Positions 22,029 through 35,400 of a stretch of 64,000 nt of DNA are shown piece after piece. Numbering within the stretch: the stretch's first letter is position 1; every line of letters starts with the position of its first letter. Both the position numbers and the translations under genes were made by a program. The notes below the pieces were generated by a model. The model did not search any database and had not been told where the DNA came from. It saw nothing but the letters and a program-made list of their open reading frames with translations. Where the stretch lies: positions 94,080 through 158,079 of the forward strand of contig RHPI01001292.1 of the NCBI GenBank assembly GCA_009103225.1, given 5' to 3'. Source of the DNA: Chlorokybus atmophyticus (lineage: Eukaryota > Plantae > Mesostigma and Chlorokybus algae).

Positions 22029-25000
22029 CTAAAGCATCCAAGAAGGTGTGGGGCGTCGCTTTTTTCTGCTATCTCTAGTGCTCTGCAAGGCATACAAAAA
22101 ATGAGCTGGTGGACCCCTTACAAACGTACCCTGACCACGGGCTTGAACCATGTGCAGATGGCGAGGGCATAACAAAGCACATGCACCAGCTAGACACGCT
22201 GACAAATGCCCACATAGGATAAACAGACTGCTCACCATGTATGGATCCGAAGCTGCTGCACCTCGGCCTCTGCCCCGACCTCTTCTAGACACGCCGCCGC
22301 GGGCACTTGAGTGTCCTCCTCGATACGGATAGCGCTCAGGACTGCCTCTGCATAGGCAATATTGACTCATGCACATTGTCTACGGCCAGCAATCTGGCAC
22401 GCAGCTGCATGACATATTGTACCGGTGATGGGCGTAGCCTGGTGGTGAACGTGCAGGTAGTTGTGGTGAAGGTTGAGATGACACGCCGATACCATACATT
22501 CGGAGTGCCTCTATGGCTGCCTGTAAGCAGTGCAACAGCGAATAATCTGAACCAAGCATACAAGGATGGCATGACAGAACGATCACAAAGCACGAATACT
22601 TCATGTAGGGCCATGTAACGGGCCATGTAGAAAATTGAATCACCTGCGCTTCTGCCTCTTGTCTGGTATCACCTTCACCATAGCCGAACACGCGGCCACC
22701 AACATGAACCTATCAAGCGATACATGTTAGCTGTGGTTTACCTGCAGAGGTTACACCCCAGCTCGTGGTAAATTGCACGACAAGGTTGTTATAAACACAA
22801 CACTGGTGCAGAGTGCCGCCCCTAATGTGGAGATTACCTCCACAACGTAACCTCTGCTGCCGACTTCGCTCGACAAGTCATGATATTCAATAGTATCCGA
22901 ACCCCTTTGCAATGCCTGCGGATGCGCATGAAGGCAGCTAAGACAAGTACATACATACATTTTTTTGCATTAAAGGCTGTCAAGCTGACACCATGCAGAC
23001 ACAACAGTGCAGGGCCAGTAGGAGATTGCTGACCCGCATGCAGCGAGAGATAGTTGACCCACATCCAACTAAACTAACATACCAAGATTGCAAGCACGCC
23101 CTTCGGGTCCGCGATGCCTGTTGGACTCGTTGGGCCGCTGACCGGTGAAGGCGGACCGGCGGGTGTCAACACTTGCTGCGCCGGTGTGCGATCCCTTGCT
23201 GTGAGGCAAGACAATATGACCGTCAGGTGTTGTGTCATACAGTATTGCCAACAGAACAGACAGCGCGGCAAGCCCGCAGCAGGAATGCAACGTACAAACC
23301 GCACCGCTCAGTGTGTCAAGAGCGCGCGAAGCAGCGAGCTGCTTGGCCTCTTCTTTTGTGGGCGCAAAGCCGGCACCCAGCAGTTCAGAATTCATCAAAA
23401 CCTGCAGCAACGAGATGCGCTGTTTTTCACACACTGAACCAACCACGATTGACTGGTGCTCATCGCACCTGAACTTGCAAATTCACTACATGTGCCACGC
23501 ACCTCACAGCCGTATCTTGTCCCTGATGTCGATGGGCCAGGCTTCACGAGCGAGTCGTAAACCACCTATTGATATTAAAACAACTTAAGACACCCTGAGC
23601 AAAACGCCTTACCCGCACAAGTGTCCATCCTTACCATTGCGTTGCGATCGGCGGCATAGTCATTGAGCATGGCTACAAAGTTCCGTGGGCTTCCCACACT
23701 TGTGGGCTGCCGAGAAGGGAACTCTGCACCCAAGCGTGTCGCGTGTTGTCTTGTAGGGCCGGGGGGAGTGTCTGTGGGAGGCAGCAAAGGCAACAATCGC
23801 GACGAAGGCTGTTGCGCCGGCTGCTCTGCTGAGCTTAGAGCCGGCGGCATGTTGTCCATTGTGCCATTGGCTGGACCTGGGTGGTCGTCTTCATCATCTG
23901 CAACAGCCATGCGGATGTTGGGTACGCACACATGTTGGGTGGTTGATGCATGTTAGCATTCAAGACACACACAACCACACCAGAAAATGGCTCTAGGTTC
24001 AAGTCGAATGCCATGGCAGGGCGTGACAGAGGGGCATTCCCGTTGGATGCTGCTGAACGCACACGCAAGCAACGAGTCAGCATGCGGATTTCCAAGGTTG
24101 AAACCCACCAAACAAATGCAACGGAGAACCCACTCAAGTGACTTACCTGGAAGGGCTGGAAGAAGTGCCTCTGGCTGAGGCTTTGTTTCCTCAATCTGAG
24201 CAGAAGGAGGAGGAGGAGAGGGAGGAGGAGGCTCTTCAATGACCATAGGCTGCCAGCGTACGAGGTGGTCAGTTCTTAAGACTCGCTTATACGTCAACTC
24301 AGGCCTACAATTACAGTTCATATAGAGAAGCCACCTGTGCATCCGCTGGCTGCGTCTCTGTTGAGGATATCGACCGGCTCAACCTCCCCTGCGAACGGGA
24401 CTCCGTCTCCGGCTCACTCGCATCACCGGCCTGCCCTGCAGGGCCATCTTGCTTCACGATATGTATGTCCTGCTCATACACTCACACCTGTGAGCGCATA
24501 TTGCTAGAACCCACACGGCATTGCGGCCTCCTTGTGAAACCGTCGCATAACATGCATGAAAGGGTTGAGTACCCGCCATTGCAGGAACTCTGTGCAGCTG
24601 GGCTGCCGGGGGAGGGTGTCTGGTTGATCATCAGCAAACACTTTGCCCAGCTCGGCGGGCAGCTTCTCGTCCACATCCCTGTAGGTTGAGCGGATGCGTT
24701 ACCATTCCAACAGTCACACTGTATGCCAGCCTTGGCAAACATGTCACTATCCACACTCCCATTGTTTGCTAAGCTCAGTGCATTACCTGAAGAAAAAATT
24801 CCTCACATTGCACAGAACATTGCGCATCAGGACAGTCGCTGCATTCTCTTCAGTAACCTGCACGCGTGTCCACGTGGTTATCAACTGCCAGACCAACCTA
24901 TATGCTATTGTCACTGTCTTAACAACAAGCAAAAAGCCAACTGAGCAAAGAAACGAACTTCGGCATCTGGGTTGGCATATGGCTGATACGGAGGAGCTGC

Positions 25001-27548
25001 GTAGATGTTGGGGTGATCCTTCTCCTCCCACAAGTTGGGACGGTCATCGAGCACAACAGTCCATGCAGGATGACACCAATGGTCAAGGCTCTTGAAGACG
25101 TTCCGTAGCGACTTCTTGGTATCTGTGTCACAACCGAATCACATGGTTACAAATCTGCGGTCTCTTAACAACCGCGCGCCAACTCAGTGCTATGCCAGCT
25201 TTGAGCTTTGCGCCGAAGCAAGCAGCTTCTTGCCATGCTTTCGCAAGCGCAATCCAATCATCGACAGCTGGCGCAGAGTAGAAAACAGTGTCACCCAATT
25301 GAAAGGTGTCACACCCCACCGCACCCCGCACAAGGGGTCGGATGTTCTGCCTGGGAGCCTGCACTCATGATGCAGCATGTATGATGTAAAACCCACTTCA
25401 GCAACGCGTAAAAGTGTTGCTGTTGGCTAAAGAAACACAGCCACATTCACATGAGCCTTGCCTGATTTGGTGCAGACAACGCGTTCCTGCTGCGCCGCAA
25501 TTTCGATGAGCTCGGCATTCGGGTCCAAAAGTCGCCAGACTTCGTGCGCGTATCTGTGCTCCGCAAGTGTGCACACCCACACGTCGTATCGCCTCCGCCC
25601 TTGCGAACCCGCGAGATAGCGCCTCACGACTTCCCAGAAGGGCCGCACGTGCATAAGCATGCTGGTACCGCGGTCCTGATGTTGCGCATGCACATTGTGT
25701 AAGTGACGGCCCAACGCAACCGTCACAACGCGTGTGAAACCTTGCTAGGCTCACCTCTGGCTCAATTCTGGTCAGCACTGCAGTGCCATCAGGGATGCGA
25801 ATGACCGGGCGTGTGAAGGTCTGCCCGCCGTTGTGAGCACCGCCCTGCACAACCTCCCTGACCGCACGCAGCTTGCGTCCTTCTAAAGTGACAGTGTCAG
25901 TGTCTCTGTACTGTTGCAGCAGGAGGCGGTCTGCCTTCAGCCTCTCCAACTCAGCTTGCCAGCCCGCAACTCGCGATGACTGGCTGTACTCCGCAATGCG
26001 CCGCTGCGAGCACACACAAGTGTGCCCGTCACCACATGCACATATGCATATGCGTGCATACACGCACACACACGCATGAGTAGTCTGCACCATGACCAGT
26101 AGCATTGTTGAACACAGCGTGAGGAGTGCTCACCTGTACCGCCTCGATCTTGTCGTCAAAAGACTTCGTCGAGTTTGCAACCACAACAGTTTCATCCAAG
26201 TCCAGCACCAGCCCCATGCGGCGTTCGACAAGCATCTTGCAAGCCCTTTTGTACTCGCCTTTGCCGCACACAAAGCCCCAGAAAATGGGCGGCCCATTTG
26301 CAGCACGCGCTCGCACGGGCACAAGATGCAGCTCCAGCCCACTCTGCAGCTCAACAATGGCCGTCTGCACAAAGATAGAGCTTAATCAGCAAGCAAGCAT
26401 GGTTTCAACGGACTCTAGGTGCTGGTCAGTATAGTTTGTGTGACAGCTGCACAGCTGGCCTGTCACAGACCGTGAGGCTAACACACAACGCTGCTAGTAA
26501 ACCGCATTGCATGCAGTCAGCATGCTGGTAAGCCCGGGCTGACTGCCAGCAATGCTGTTTGCCAGCAGCTGTGAAACAAGCTTATGGGTGACTGATCTCA
26601 ACAGCAATGAGTGCATTAGTGTACAGGTGTGTGTGTCAGTTAATGAGCTTGCCGTCAGCACTACCAACTGCAAGCTCAACGTAATGGTAAACAACAGCTT
26701 GGTTGTTAGGGGTAACTAGCTGTTGCTGGTTTGCGGCCGCCAACCAAGCTGCGGCTGCATGCTGGTAGCTGAGCTGAGCTGAGTTTCAGCCAGCTGTTAG
26801 GGTTCTCTGGCTCAATGGCCATCCAAACTGTTGAGAATTATGCGGTGTTTGACTGCGCCTTTGCCAGCAGCAGTAGCGCTAGCCAGCTGTCACTCGGACG
26901 GGCCAATCTCTCGCATAGGAGCCTATTCATGCCGTTATCGGCACATTGCTGGAACAGCTGGCAGCCAAGGCCTCCGCTGCTGTGCTGATGTGATGGGCCA
27001 GCAGCTTTGCCGCTGTGTTGGTTGGATGGGTTATGGCAACAGCCGCTAGCTGCGCATGCTTGCCGGCTGCTGTTCAAGCTGCTTAAGCAGCGCGCTTGGC
27101 AGCTGTTGTCGTTGTTGTTGTAGTGGTAATTGTTGCTGCTGGTGTAACTGTCGTTATGAAGTGTGGAATAGAGTTTGGAAGTGGTGGTATGCTTGCCGAC
27201 CTGAGCGTTGTTCAGGCAGAAGTTGTGGAACTTCTGCACCTCGGCGTGGTTGAGCTTGTCTCTGTCGGGGTCGCCGGCTGGCGTGACGTCGAGGACGGGC
27301 CCGCCGCGGGAGATGATATGCAGGATGATGATGGGGTGGAGCCTGGACGGCGGGGCGCTGAGCTCCGCCACCTTCATCTGCCGCTCAAGCTGCCTCTCAA
27401 GCTTGCCCCACGGCAGCAGGATGTTGGCTGCTGCTGCTGAGGCCGATGAGGCGGGCGGGCGAGGCGACACCTTCACAGAGGCCGTCCTCTTGTCCAGGAT
27501 CTGCATGAGAGTATTTAGGGGCTCCGACGGCTCCTCCTCCGCCTCCAT
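22029..27548 (-). CDS. CPL1: RNA polymerase II CTD phosphatase-like protein (CPL1/CPL2 family), multi-exon
   Basis: Catalytic DLDET at 26188-26202; VRPFWEVVRRYL...VWVCTLAEHRYAHEVWRLLDP; CHPAWTVVLDDRPNLW; two dsRBD-like helices (GAGFAPTKEEAKQLAASRAL, GYGEGDTRQEAEAQ). Exon limits and stop are approximate. Confidence 0.85.
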
Positions 27549-28837
27549 GGCGACAAACACGAGGTCGAGGACGAGGATAAGGACGAGGGCGTGAAGGAGG
27601 CAGACAAACAGTGGCTGCGCGGCTACGTGTAAACTCCAGCTCAACCTCAGTGGTGAAATCAGCTGGCTAGGCAGGGGCAAGCGTCAGCTTAAGCTTCGGC
27701 GCGAGAGTCGCCGCCGCCATATCATATGTTGACAGTGACCGCGCGAGGCGTTGGCGTCGTTTGTTTCAGTGGGCGTGAGTGCGCGCCTTTTGCATCGTGG
27801 TTGGGAGCCCCTTTCTGCGGAGTTTGCCGTGCCGTTGATTGGTGGCAGCAGCGTGGAATTCCGGTAGTGTGTGCGCCTAATGAGCCGATGTCTTATTTAT
27901 GTCATGAATTGTGACTATTGGTACCAACATCCTTAACACACTGCGTTATGATGCAAATGACAGCAATAACATCCATGTATAAGAAACACTTAATGCTGAT
28001 TACTCATAATGCGTGTGATATGCAGCAAGTCTGTTGCCGTTGAACTATTACTGACGATTAATGCTGTTACGGCAAACAAGCATTATAATTCATAGGGACG
28101 CAATAACATCAGATCCAAATTTGGCTGATTGCATAACATATTTGATATGGGTTCAGCAACGGTACTAGAAGGATGTCCAATCAATGCAAATGCTCTGCTT
28201 CATTTGCACTATGTGCCAACAATATTGCGAGTTGCTGTATGGTTCATCATATTCCCATGTTGACTGGAACGATAGCTTGATGCACTTGCACTGTGAATAC
28301 AACATTGTAAGTAGGGCAGGGTGTATGAGCTTTTCAATGAGTTGGATGTTGGAGCGCACGCAACATCTAGGCACACAGCAAGCAAGCGGAACCTTTAACA
28401 AGCAAGCAAGTAAGCAAACACGCATAAGGGCAGGGGCACAACCAGGTAAGTGCTCCACCAAAATTTGTGCCGTGGGCGAGGACGAGGGCTGAGGGCGGGG
28501 CAGCAAGGCAAGCAAGCATTTAGGCAGTAGACAACTTGAGGCAACGAGAGATAAGTGTTAAGGAGGTGGGCCCGCAAGTGTATATGCTGTTCAGTGTAAT
28601 ATATAAATATATAGATATATACACTAATTAGCATATAAAACAACCGTAACCATGTGCAGTATGTTGCATAGTCACACATTGCCACATGCCCACAAAATCC
28701 ATAAGCTCATCATTACGTGCGGTGGCATGCCAGCACTGGGTTCAACTTTAGTCTAACTATAACTACTATACCACCCACCCCATTAATCATTGAGGCATGC
28801 ATAATCATACTATCAGCAGCACACAAGTAGGAGCACG

Positions 28838-28841
<4 letters not shown>

Positions 28842-28917
<76 letters not shown>

Positions 28918-29139
28918 CTCGCTCTCGCTCTCGCTCTCGCTCTCGCTCTCGCTCTCGCTCTCGCTCGCGCTCGCGCTCGCGCTCTCGCTCTCGCTCGCGC
29001 TCTCGCTCGCGCTCTCGCTCGCGCTCGCGCTCGCGCTCGCGCTCTCGCGCTCTCGCGCTCTCGCGCTCGCTCTCGCTCTCTCTCGCTCTCGCTCTCGCTC
29101 TCTCTCGCTCTCTCGCTCTCTCGCTCTCGCTCTCGCTCT
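28842..29139. repeat. Compound microsatellite: (CT)n grading into (CGCTCT)n and (CG)-mixed units
   Basis: Directly visible. Confidence 0.97.
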
Positions 29140-29414
29140 GCAGCAAAGACAAACAACGGCAAGCACATGGGCTGGCCACCAATGAAGCCCCCAGCAAACC
29201 AACATAATCAACAACAATATGACATGGTGAGCTGGTTCGATGGGCATGCGGCAATGAACTCGTGGCATTTGACATCACCAGGCGCACGTTGCATTACCAT
29301 TGGAACTCACTCGCAATGAGCCTGCGGCCATTGCGACCATCAAGGCAATGGTGCCCACCTAGGCAAAGGTGCTTGGCCACTTATGCACTAATGTGCGTTA
29401 CAGCTATACTCTCA

Positions 29415-32400
29415 CTACAGTGTTAGCTTCCTTTTTCTGGGCTTGACAGCGCCAGTCCGTTCCCTATCAGCGCCCTCAGGCATTGCATCATCGCTGGACC
29501 CATTTACAGTGAGACTGCGGCTGTGCGGCTTCTTGCGACCAGAGTTTGGTGTCTGCCTGATCTGCTTGCGAACAGGTGCTGCACCGACACCATTGGGATT
29601 CGGTGCTGCTGAGCCTTTTTCTTTGCGCTTTGCTGGTGCCAGGTTAAAGTCGTTAATCGCATCTTCCTTCATGAGTTGCTTGAAAACCTGGAGAGTGGTA
29701 GTAAAATCAGCTGGCTGTTGAGATCACGATTAATGTACCTGTCAATCTGATCTGTACCTGATGGCGCTGTCGGTAGAACTCAAAGCTAGAAGTATCTCCT
29801 GTCAATGGCAATTGACTAGTATCAAATGCTCTTTGCTGATGAAAACTGGTGACTGTTTCGCCTGGCCGCATTGCTTCACTCGGTGAATATTGCTGTATGA
29901 TACCACAGCAGGTTAGCTGCCAACCAATTTGTCCCATCTGCATCAGCAATGCAATCGAGACACCAAACTGCCACATACACCAGCATCAATTTCACTAAAG
30001 CATTATGAAGAACTCCTTCCTGCAGGCAACAGCGAAGGTAATACTCGTCTGCATACCTGGCACCGGCCGTCAGTCAGGCCATAACAAATCTTGATGTGCT
30101 GCTTGAGCAAAAGCAGCAGGGAGAGTGCTACGACATGGTCGCAATCTCTCTGTGTGGCAGTGCACAGGATCAGCAAGTTATATCACAACTGTTGACCAAT
30201 TGCAGGACCCTATGACGTAGTACATACGCAATAGACACATGCAATAGTGCAAACACAAACACACGACCTCCCTTTCATCCACGTGTGCAGCCATCGGAGT
30301 AACAACACCACTGCCACTTACTTGAACCTGAGGCGGCAATGGTATACGGGAGTTGCCAGTGCTGCCATTGTGAACTGGCGCTTCGTGTTCGGATTTGCCA
30401 AAAAACATCTTCAACGAGGACAGCAAGCTGCTGCCTTTGAGCGTGACAATGCGGTTGATGGTGTAGACTATGTACAGGGGTTCATCAAGAAGAGTGAAAG
30501 GCAGAAAGGCTGCAATGCTGACAAGATACCTGCACATGCAAGGTGTTCGACATAAGACGTTGCCTGAACATTTGCCAAGGCGGGGCACATGAGCACAGGA
30601 TGCATAACGGCCAACTCACAGAGCAAAAATGAGCCCGCCATTGTTTTGGCTGGGAGGTTCTTCAAACTTCTGAAGCAGCGCTGAGATGAACTTGTTTCTT
30701 GATGCTCGCGATACACGCATTAGTTTGTACAAACGTGAAAAGCCCTCTTTCAACTCAAGGGTCATGGGGATCTGCGCCGGCTCATGTACAGCCTGTCCGT
30801 TGGCTTGTGCACACAGTGCTCGGCACAAACCAAATGATAACTGAAGCCCATCCCCAAGCTGCGCTTCCAAGAAGGTTGGGTATCTGCGTCAAGTTGCAAT
30901 AAAGAGAGGGCTCAGCCACAGCCTTGCATAGTCACAGGCGAGTTGACTTACTTCTCGTGCAACTTCTCCAATATGTGGTGTGCTGACTTGCGGATCTGCT
31001 CCTCAGGATCAACCACCAGTGAAACTAATCGCGAAATGCATGTCATTGGGTGTACCAAGCCTTGACGCAGCACAAGCTCAACCACCTTCAACGCCATACT
31101 CCGCACGTCCACCACGCAATGGGTAAGGGCCTGGAGTATGTACTGCCAATACAGCTGCCACAGAGTCCAGTAAGCCCCAGGAACAAGGTCACAGCAATCT
31201 GTGGCATGTCTCACATATGGTGGAAGTGCAGTAACCGACCTGCACAACACCGCTGCTGGCACTGGTGTCCCCAGCTCCTGCAGCGACCAGAAGTGCTTCA
31301 TCCGTAGGAGCTTTTCTGATGGACTTGCTCTTGCTTTTTTCCTCAGCAAGGTCGATAGCACCTCCCATGCGTGCCTCATCTTCCTGCAAGAAGTCGCAAA
31401 AGTTTCGCAGCATCTGTGTCTTCAGGCGCGGGTCGCTGCCTTCATCAATTTTTGCGACAACTAGCTTTTCAATACTCGGCAACAGAAGCAGCTTGGGACG
31501 TGCAATCATGATGAAGCCACAGCCTTGCAGTGCACGCTGCTGAATGTCGAACTCTCCTAGCAGCATGTAGTGTTGGTAGACTTGCAGGACCTGCTCGATG
31601 CTTACGCCATTCTCCACGGTTGATGCAGCAGCATCAATGGCATCAGCGTAGTACCGGCAGAAATGCCCCAAGACAAAAAGGCTGCGTAGTACGTGCGCCT
31701 TGAGAGTTGCATTGAGTGCAGCGCTTTGCCCATCATGAAGCACGCCGTAAAATCGTTGGGATAAACCTAGCACTGGAGCAGAAGGAATGGCTTCCAACTT
31801 TGCCAGCGTGCAAAGGCATTTTACAGCAGCGTGAACAGTAAACAGATACGACTGCCGAAGAATCAGTGTGCGCAGCGCCTGTGCCACCCCTTCAGCTAAG
31901 GCTGCTGGCGGCCGCTGAACCAGAGGAAATACAGCGTCCAGGACGGAAATCAAGCTTTGCAACAGCTGTGCCGCTTCCTTCGTAGTGGCAGTGCTCTTCA
32001 GATATGGTAGAAGCGTGCTGGCGTACTGGCAGGGGTCTCTCTCAGGCACGCACAATGATGGGTCTGCTGCACAAAACGCATGCAGTGCAGACATATACGG
32101 AAGCATCCTGGCCTCAACACCTTCCGTTGAGTTCTCTTCCACCTTGAGGATGAGCTCAATCAGGCAGGCACACATTCTCTCGCATCGCTGCCGCACCGGA
32201 CTTGAGGAAGTGGTGTCGCTCGCACTCTTGTCAAGTGCCAATGACCGGCTGATCACAGAGACAAGTGGTGCGTTGGTGGGCAGACCGCTTAGCACAGCAA
32301 CTAACTGTTGTGTTTTTTGCTCCAGCACTCGTGCGGCAGCTAGGTTGCTTGCAATGTTCGAGGCAGAATTTGCATTCAGGTCTGGTTGGCTGGACTCAAA

Positions 32401-35400
32401 CCACATTTGGTGGAACGTTTTTGCTACCAGGTCCTGAGGCAGATCCATAAGAAGTCTATGAGTGGCTCATTGACGCAATTGTTTGGCAGACAGCAGAAAC
32501 ACGCGTCACACACAAGCGCACCTGCAATTGTGGCTCGTTATCAGATATGCGCTGAATGACGCGTGTGCAGGCATCAATGGCCTTTGGGAAATCGGGTTGC
32601 CCTAAGCATATGTCCCGCAGAATCTTGGTCACACGCTTCCTCACGCTCACTCCAGTGTCCATGATTCGTTCGGCCACACGGTCATAGTACTGCGCCATGT
32701 GGAGTCAGAGGGAGAAGTGCCATAAGCAGTACCACAGAACCAACTGGTGAATGTGGGAAGGTTCTAACCTGCAGTGCAAACGAAGGGTTTGCCACAATGT
32801 GTTTGCCAACCAACTCCATGGCCGCATCGCGCACAGAAATAGAGTTGTCCAGAAAGCGAGCCTCCACAGCACGCTGCACGCGCTCTTCACCCAACACGTT
32901 GGGATCTGCTTCAACAATAGCACAAACCTGGCAGTACCAGTTGATTTGTCGCCCACAGTGTGCATTACGCACAAAGGTCATATGCCACTTACCGCCTTGA
33001 GAGCTCGAGCACGCGGAGTTGATTGCCCTTCAAACATCCGCCCCTGAAACATCATTGGGAAAAAGTGTTCATGAGGATGTCAACCCAAAACCATTGCATG
33101 CACTGTTTTCTTGAGTCACAGACACAGTCATACCAGAAGTTGATCCAGTAGGCGATCAAATGATCGAGCAAGCGGCCGCTGCTGTGCAAGCACGCGCACA
33201 ACAGACACAGCTACTCTTCGAGGCATGGGAGTATCCAGGTCCGATGTGGTTCTCGGTGGAACCTCCCACTGCGCTGCTAGCCACTTCCAGCTGTCAGCAA
33301 CTCCAATGTCCTTGCAGGTCTGAGAGATGAAGAACCTGCCAAACAGTGCATGTGTTTACTGATTACAGCCCACAAGCCTATGTTCTCAGTCGTTTGTCTA
33401 CTGCATCTTCCAACCGCAACCCACGAAGATCACCTGCGGGCATACAATGCGTTGGAGTCACTTTCCTTGTGCATAGCGTCTGTGAGGTAGTTGATAATAA
33501 TCTGCCTGCAGACGACAGAAGCATCCGCCTTGTGGAGTGTGCTTTCTTGTTGTTGACCATCTGCAATGGGCGCTGATAACGTTCCACGTGACAGTGCCAC
33601 CGTTTGCTTGGCGGCAGCCAGCCTCTACACATGAATTGCTGTTAGCATAGGCGCGCAACAGTAGTACACAAACAAAAGTATCTCAACGTGAAACATATAG
33701 AAAGGAGAACTTTACCTGTGCCTTCCATCCAGCCCAGAAGGTTCTCATGGCTGGCTCGTCACTGTCAGTGGCAAGCACAGCAGTGCCATCGCTCACGGCA
33801 AGCACTGAGTCTGCTTTCAGTCTGGCAGCCACAAGCCCTACGAACTCTATTGCAAGCAATCGAACTGCACCATCACTTGATTGCAGCCCAGGAGGCCCAA
33901 GAAGTAAGCTGCAGAACACCTGTAGAAAGACAATATGGGTTGCTGTACGCTGATTACAAGACACACTGGGGCGGGGGGGGGGGGGGNNNNNNNNNNNNNN
34001 NNNNNNNNNNNNNNNNNNNNNNNNNNNNNNNNNNNNNNNNNNNNNNNNNNNNNNNNNNNNNNNNNNNNNNNNNNNNNNNNNNNNNNNNNNNNNNNNNNNN
34101 NNNNNNNNNNNNNNNNNNNNNNNNNNNNNNNNNNNNNNNNNNNNNNNNNNNNNNNNNNNNNNNNNNNNNNNNNNNNNNNNNNNNNNNNNNNNNNNNNNNN
34201 NNNNNNNNNNNNNNNNNNNNNNNNNNNNNNNNNNNNNNNNNNNNNNNNNNNNNNNNNNNNNNNNNNNNNNNNNNNNNNNNNNNNNNNNNNNNNNNNNNNN
34301 NNNNNNNNNNNNGGGGGGCATCAGCCTCAAGGTATACCCTAGCGACCCCCCCAATCATTTACAGGCAAGCTGACCTGCAGGACGACGCTAGCAGCTGGCC
34401 ACTCTGGCATGTTCATGACAAGCAGCAGATCAGTCAATATGTTCTCAGTGACGCACTTGGGATCCGTCTCCTGGGACTTGCCTCCGGCCCACTTCTGCAG
34501 TACATGCATCCAAAAATACTTTGACAACTCCAAGGCAGGCTCCCACCAGCCTGCTGCAGCTTGATTGTCATGATTACACCAGCGCAAGAACACCAAGCTT
34601 TCACAACCTCACGATGGTGATGGGCTACAAGGGACATCTTTTCAACTACATACACCATGACATGTAGACGAGAGCGCATCACCTTCAGCTTGATCATCTG
34701 TGGCGCCACTGGTGGGAATGGATACTGCCGCCTGTATGCACTGTAGCAGGAGTGCAACAAACACTTGAATGTGAGATGTGCTGTCATCTTCTGGCAATGC
34801 GTACAAGCGAAGGCCACGCTTGGCAGTTGGCAACTTCCAGAGCGTTGACAACAAACTGTCCATGATAATCAATCTGTGGTCCGGATATTCACTGAAGACC
34901 TGCAGCCACAATTGGTGGTGAGCACATATCAAGCATGACCTTGGCATGTTGCACACACACAGCAAGTCTGATTGTGTGTGCGCTCAGCAAACAGACAGAT
35001 TGAGCGCCTGCTGCCTTGCCGCTAATGCGTACCCCGCAAACAAGGCTCATAGCCTTAAGTTGCAGCAGCTGGATGCCCTCGACGGGCAACGTAGCTACTG
35101 CACTGCTGCAAAGCTGTAAGACAGTGCTGTCTGGTAGTCTCTGCAGGGTTACAAGCTGTGCCAGCATACCCAGCAACGTGCGCAACTTGTGCATGATGTT
35201 GACCGCGACTGCAGATATCCTGGAGTGCATGAGACATGTCAATTTGCACAGTAATCTGGACATTACGGCACTGAGCTATACGCCTCAATGAACGTACCTG
35301 CCTGTCGACCTTCTAGGTTGCAATGCTGCATTGGACAAGGACTTGCGCTTTTTGCCAACTGCCACAGCCTTGCCCGCAGTGTCATTTGCATCGGCACCTT

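Noticed and set aside
26838-27680. 280-aa ORF as a complete protein
   Set aside because: Only the part from ATG 27548 to a probable donor near 27200 looks like CPL exon 1; the rest is UTR or low-complexity intron.
28713-29287. ORFs rich in RERE/SRSR resembling SR splicing proteins
   Set aside because: They are translations of a microsatellite in several frames.
33683-34524. Long ORFs spanning N-runs (also at 48617-49316 and 61499-62344)
   Set aside because: Artefacts of translating assembly gaps.
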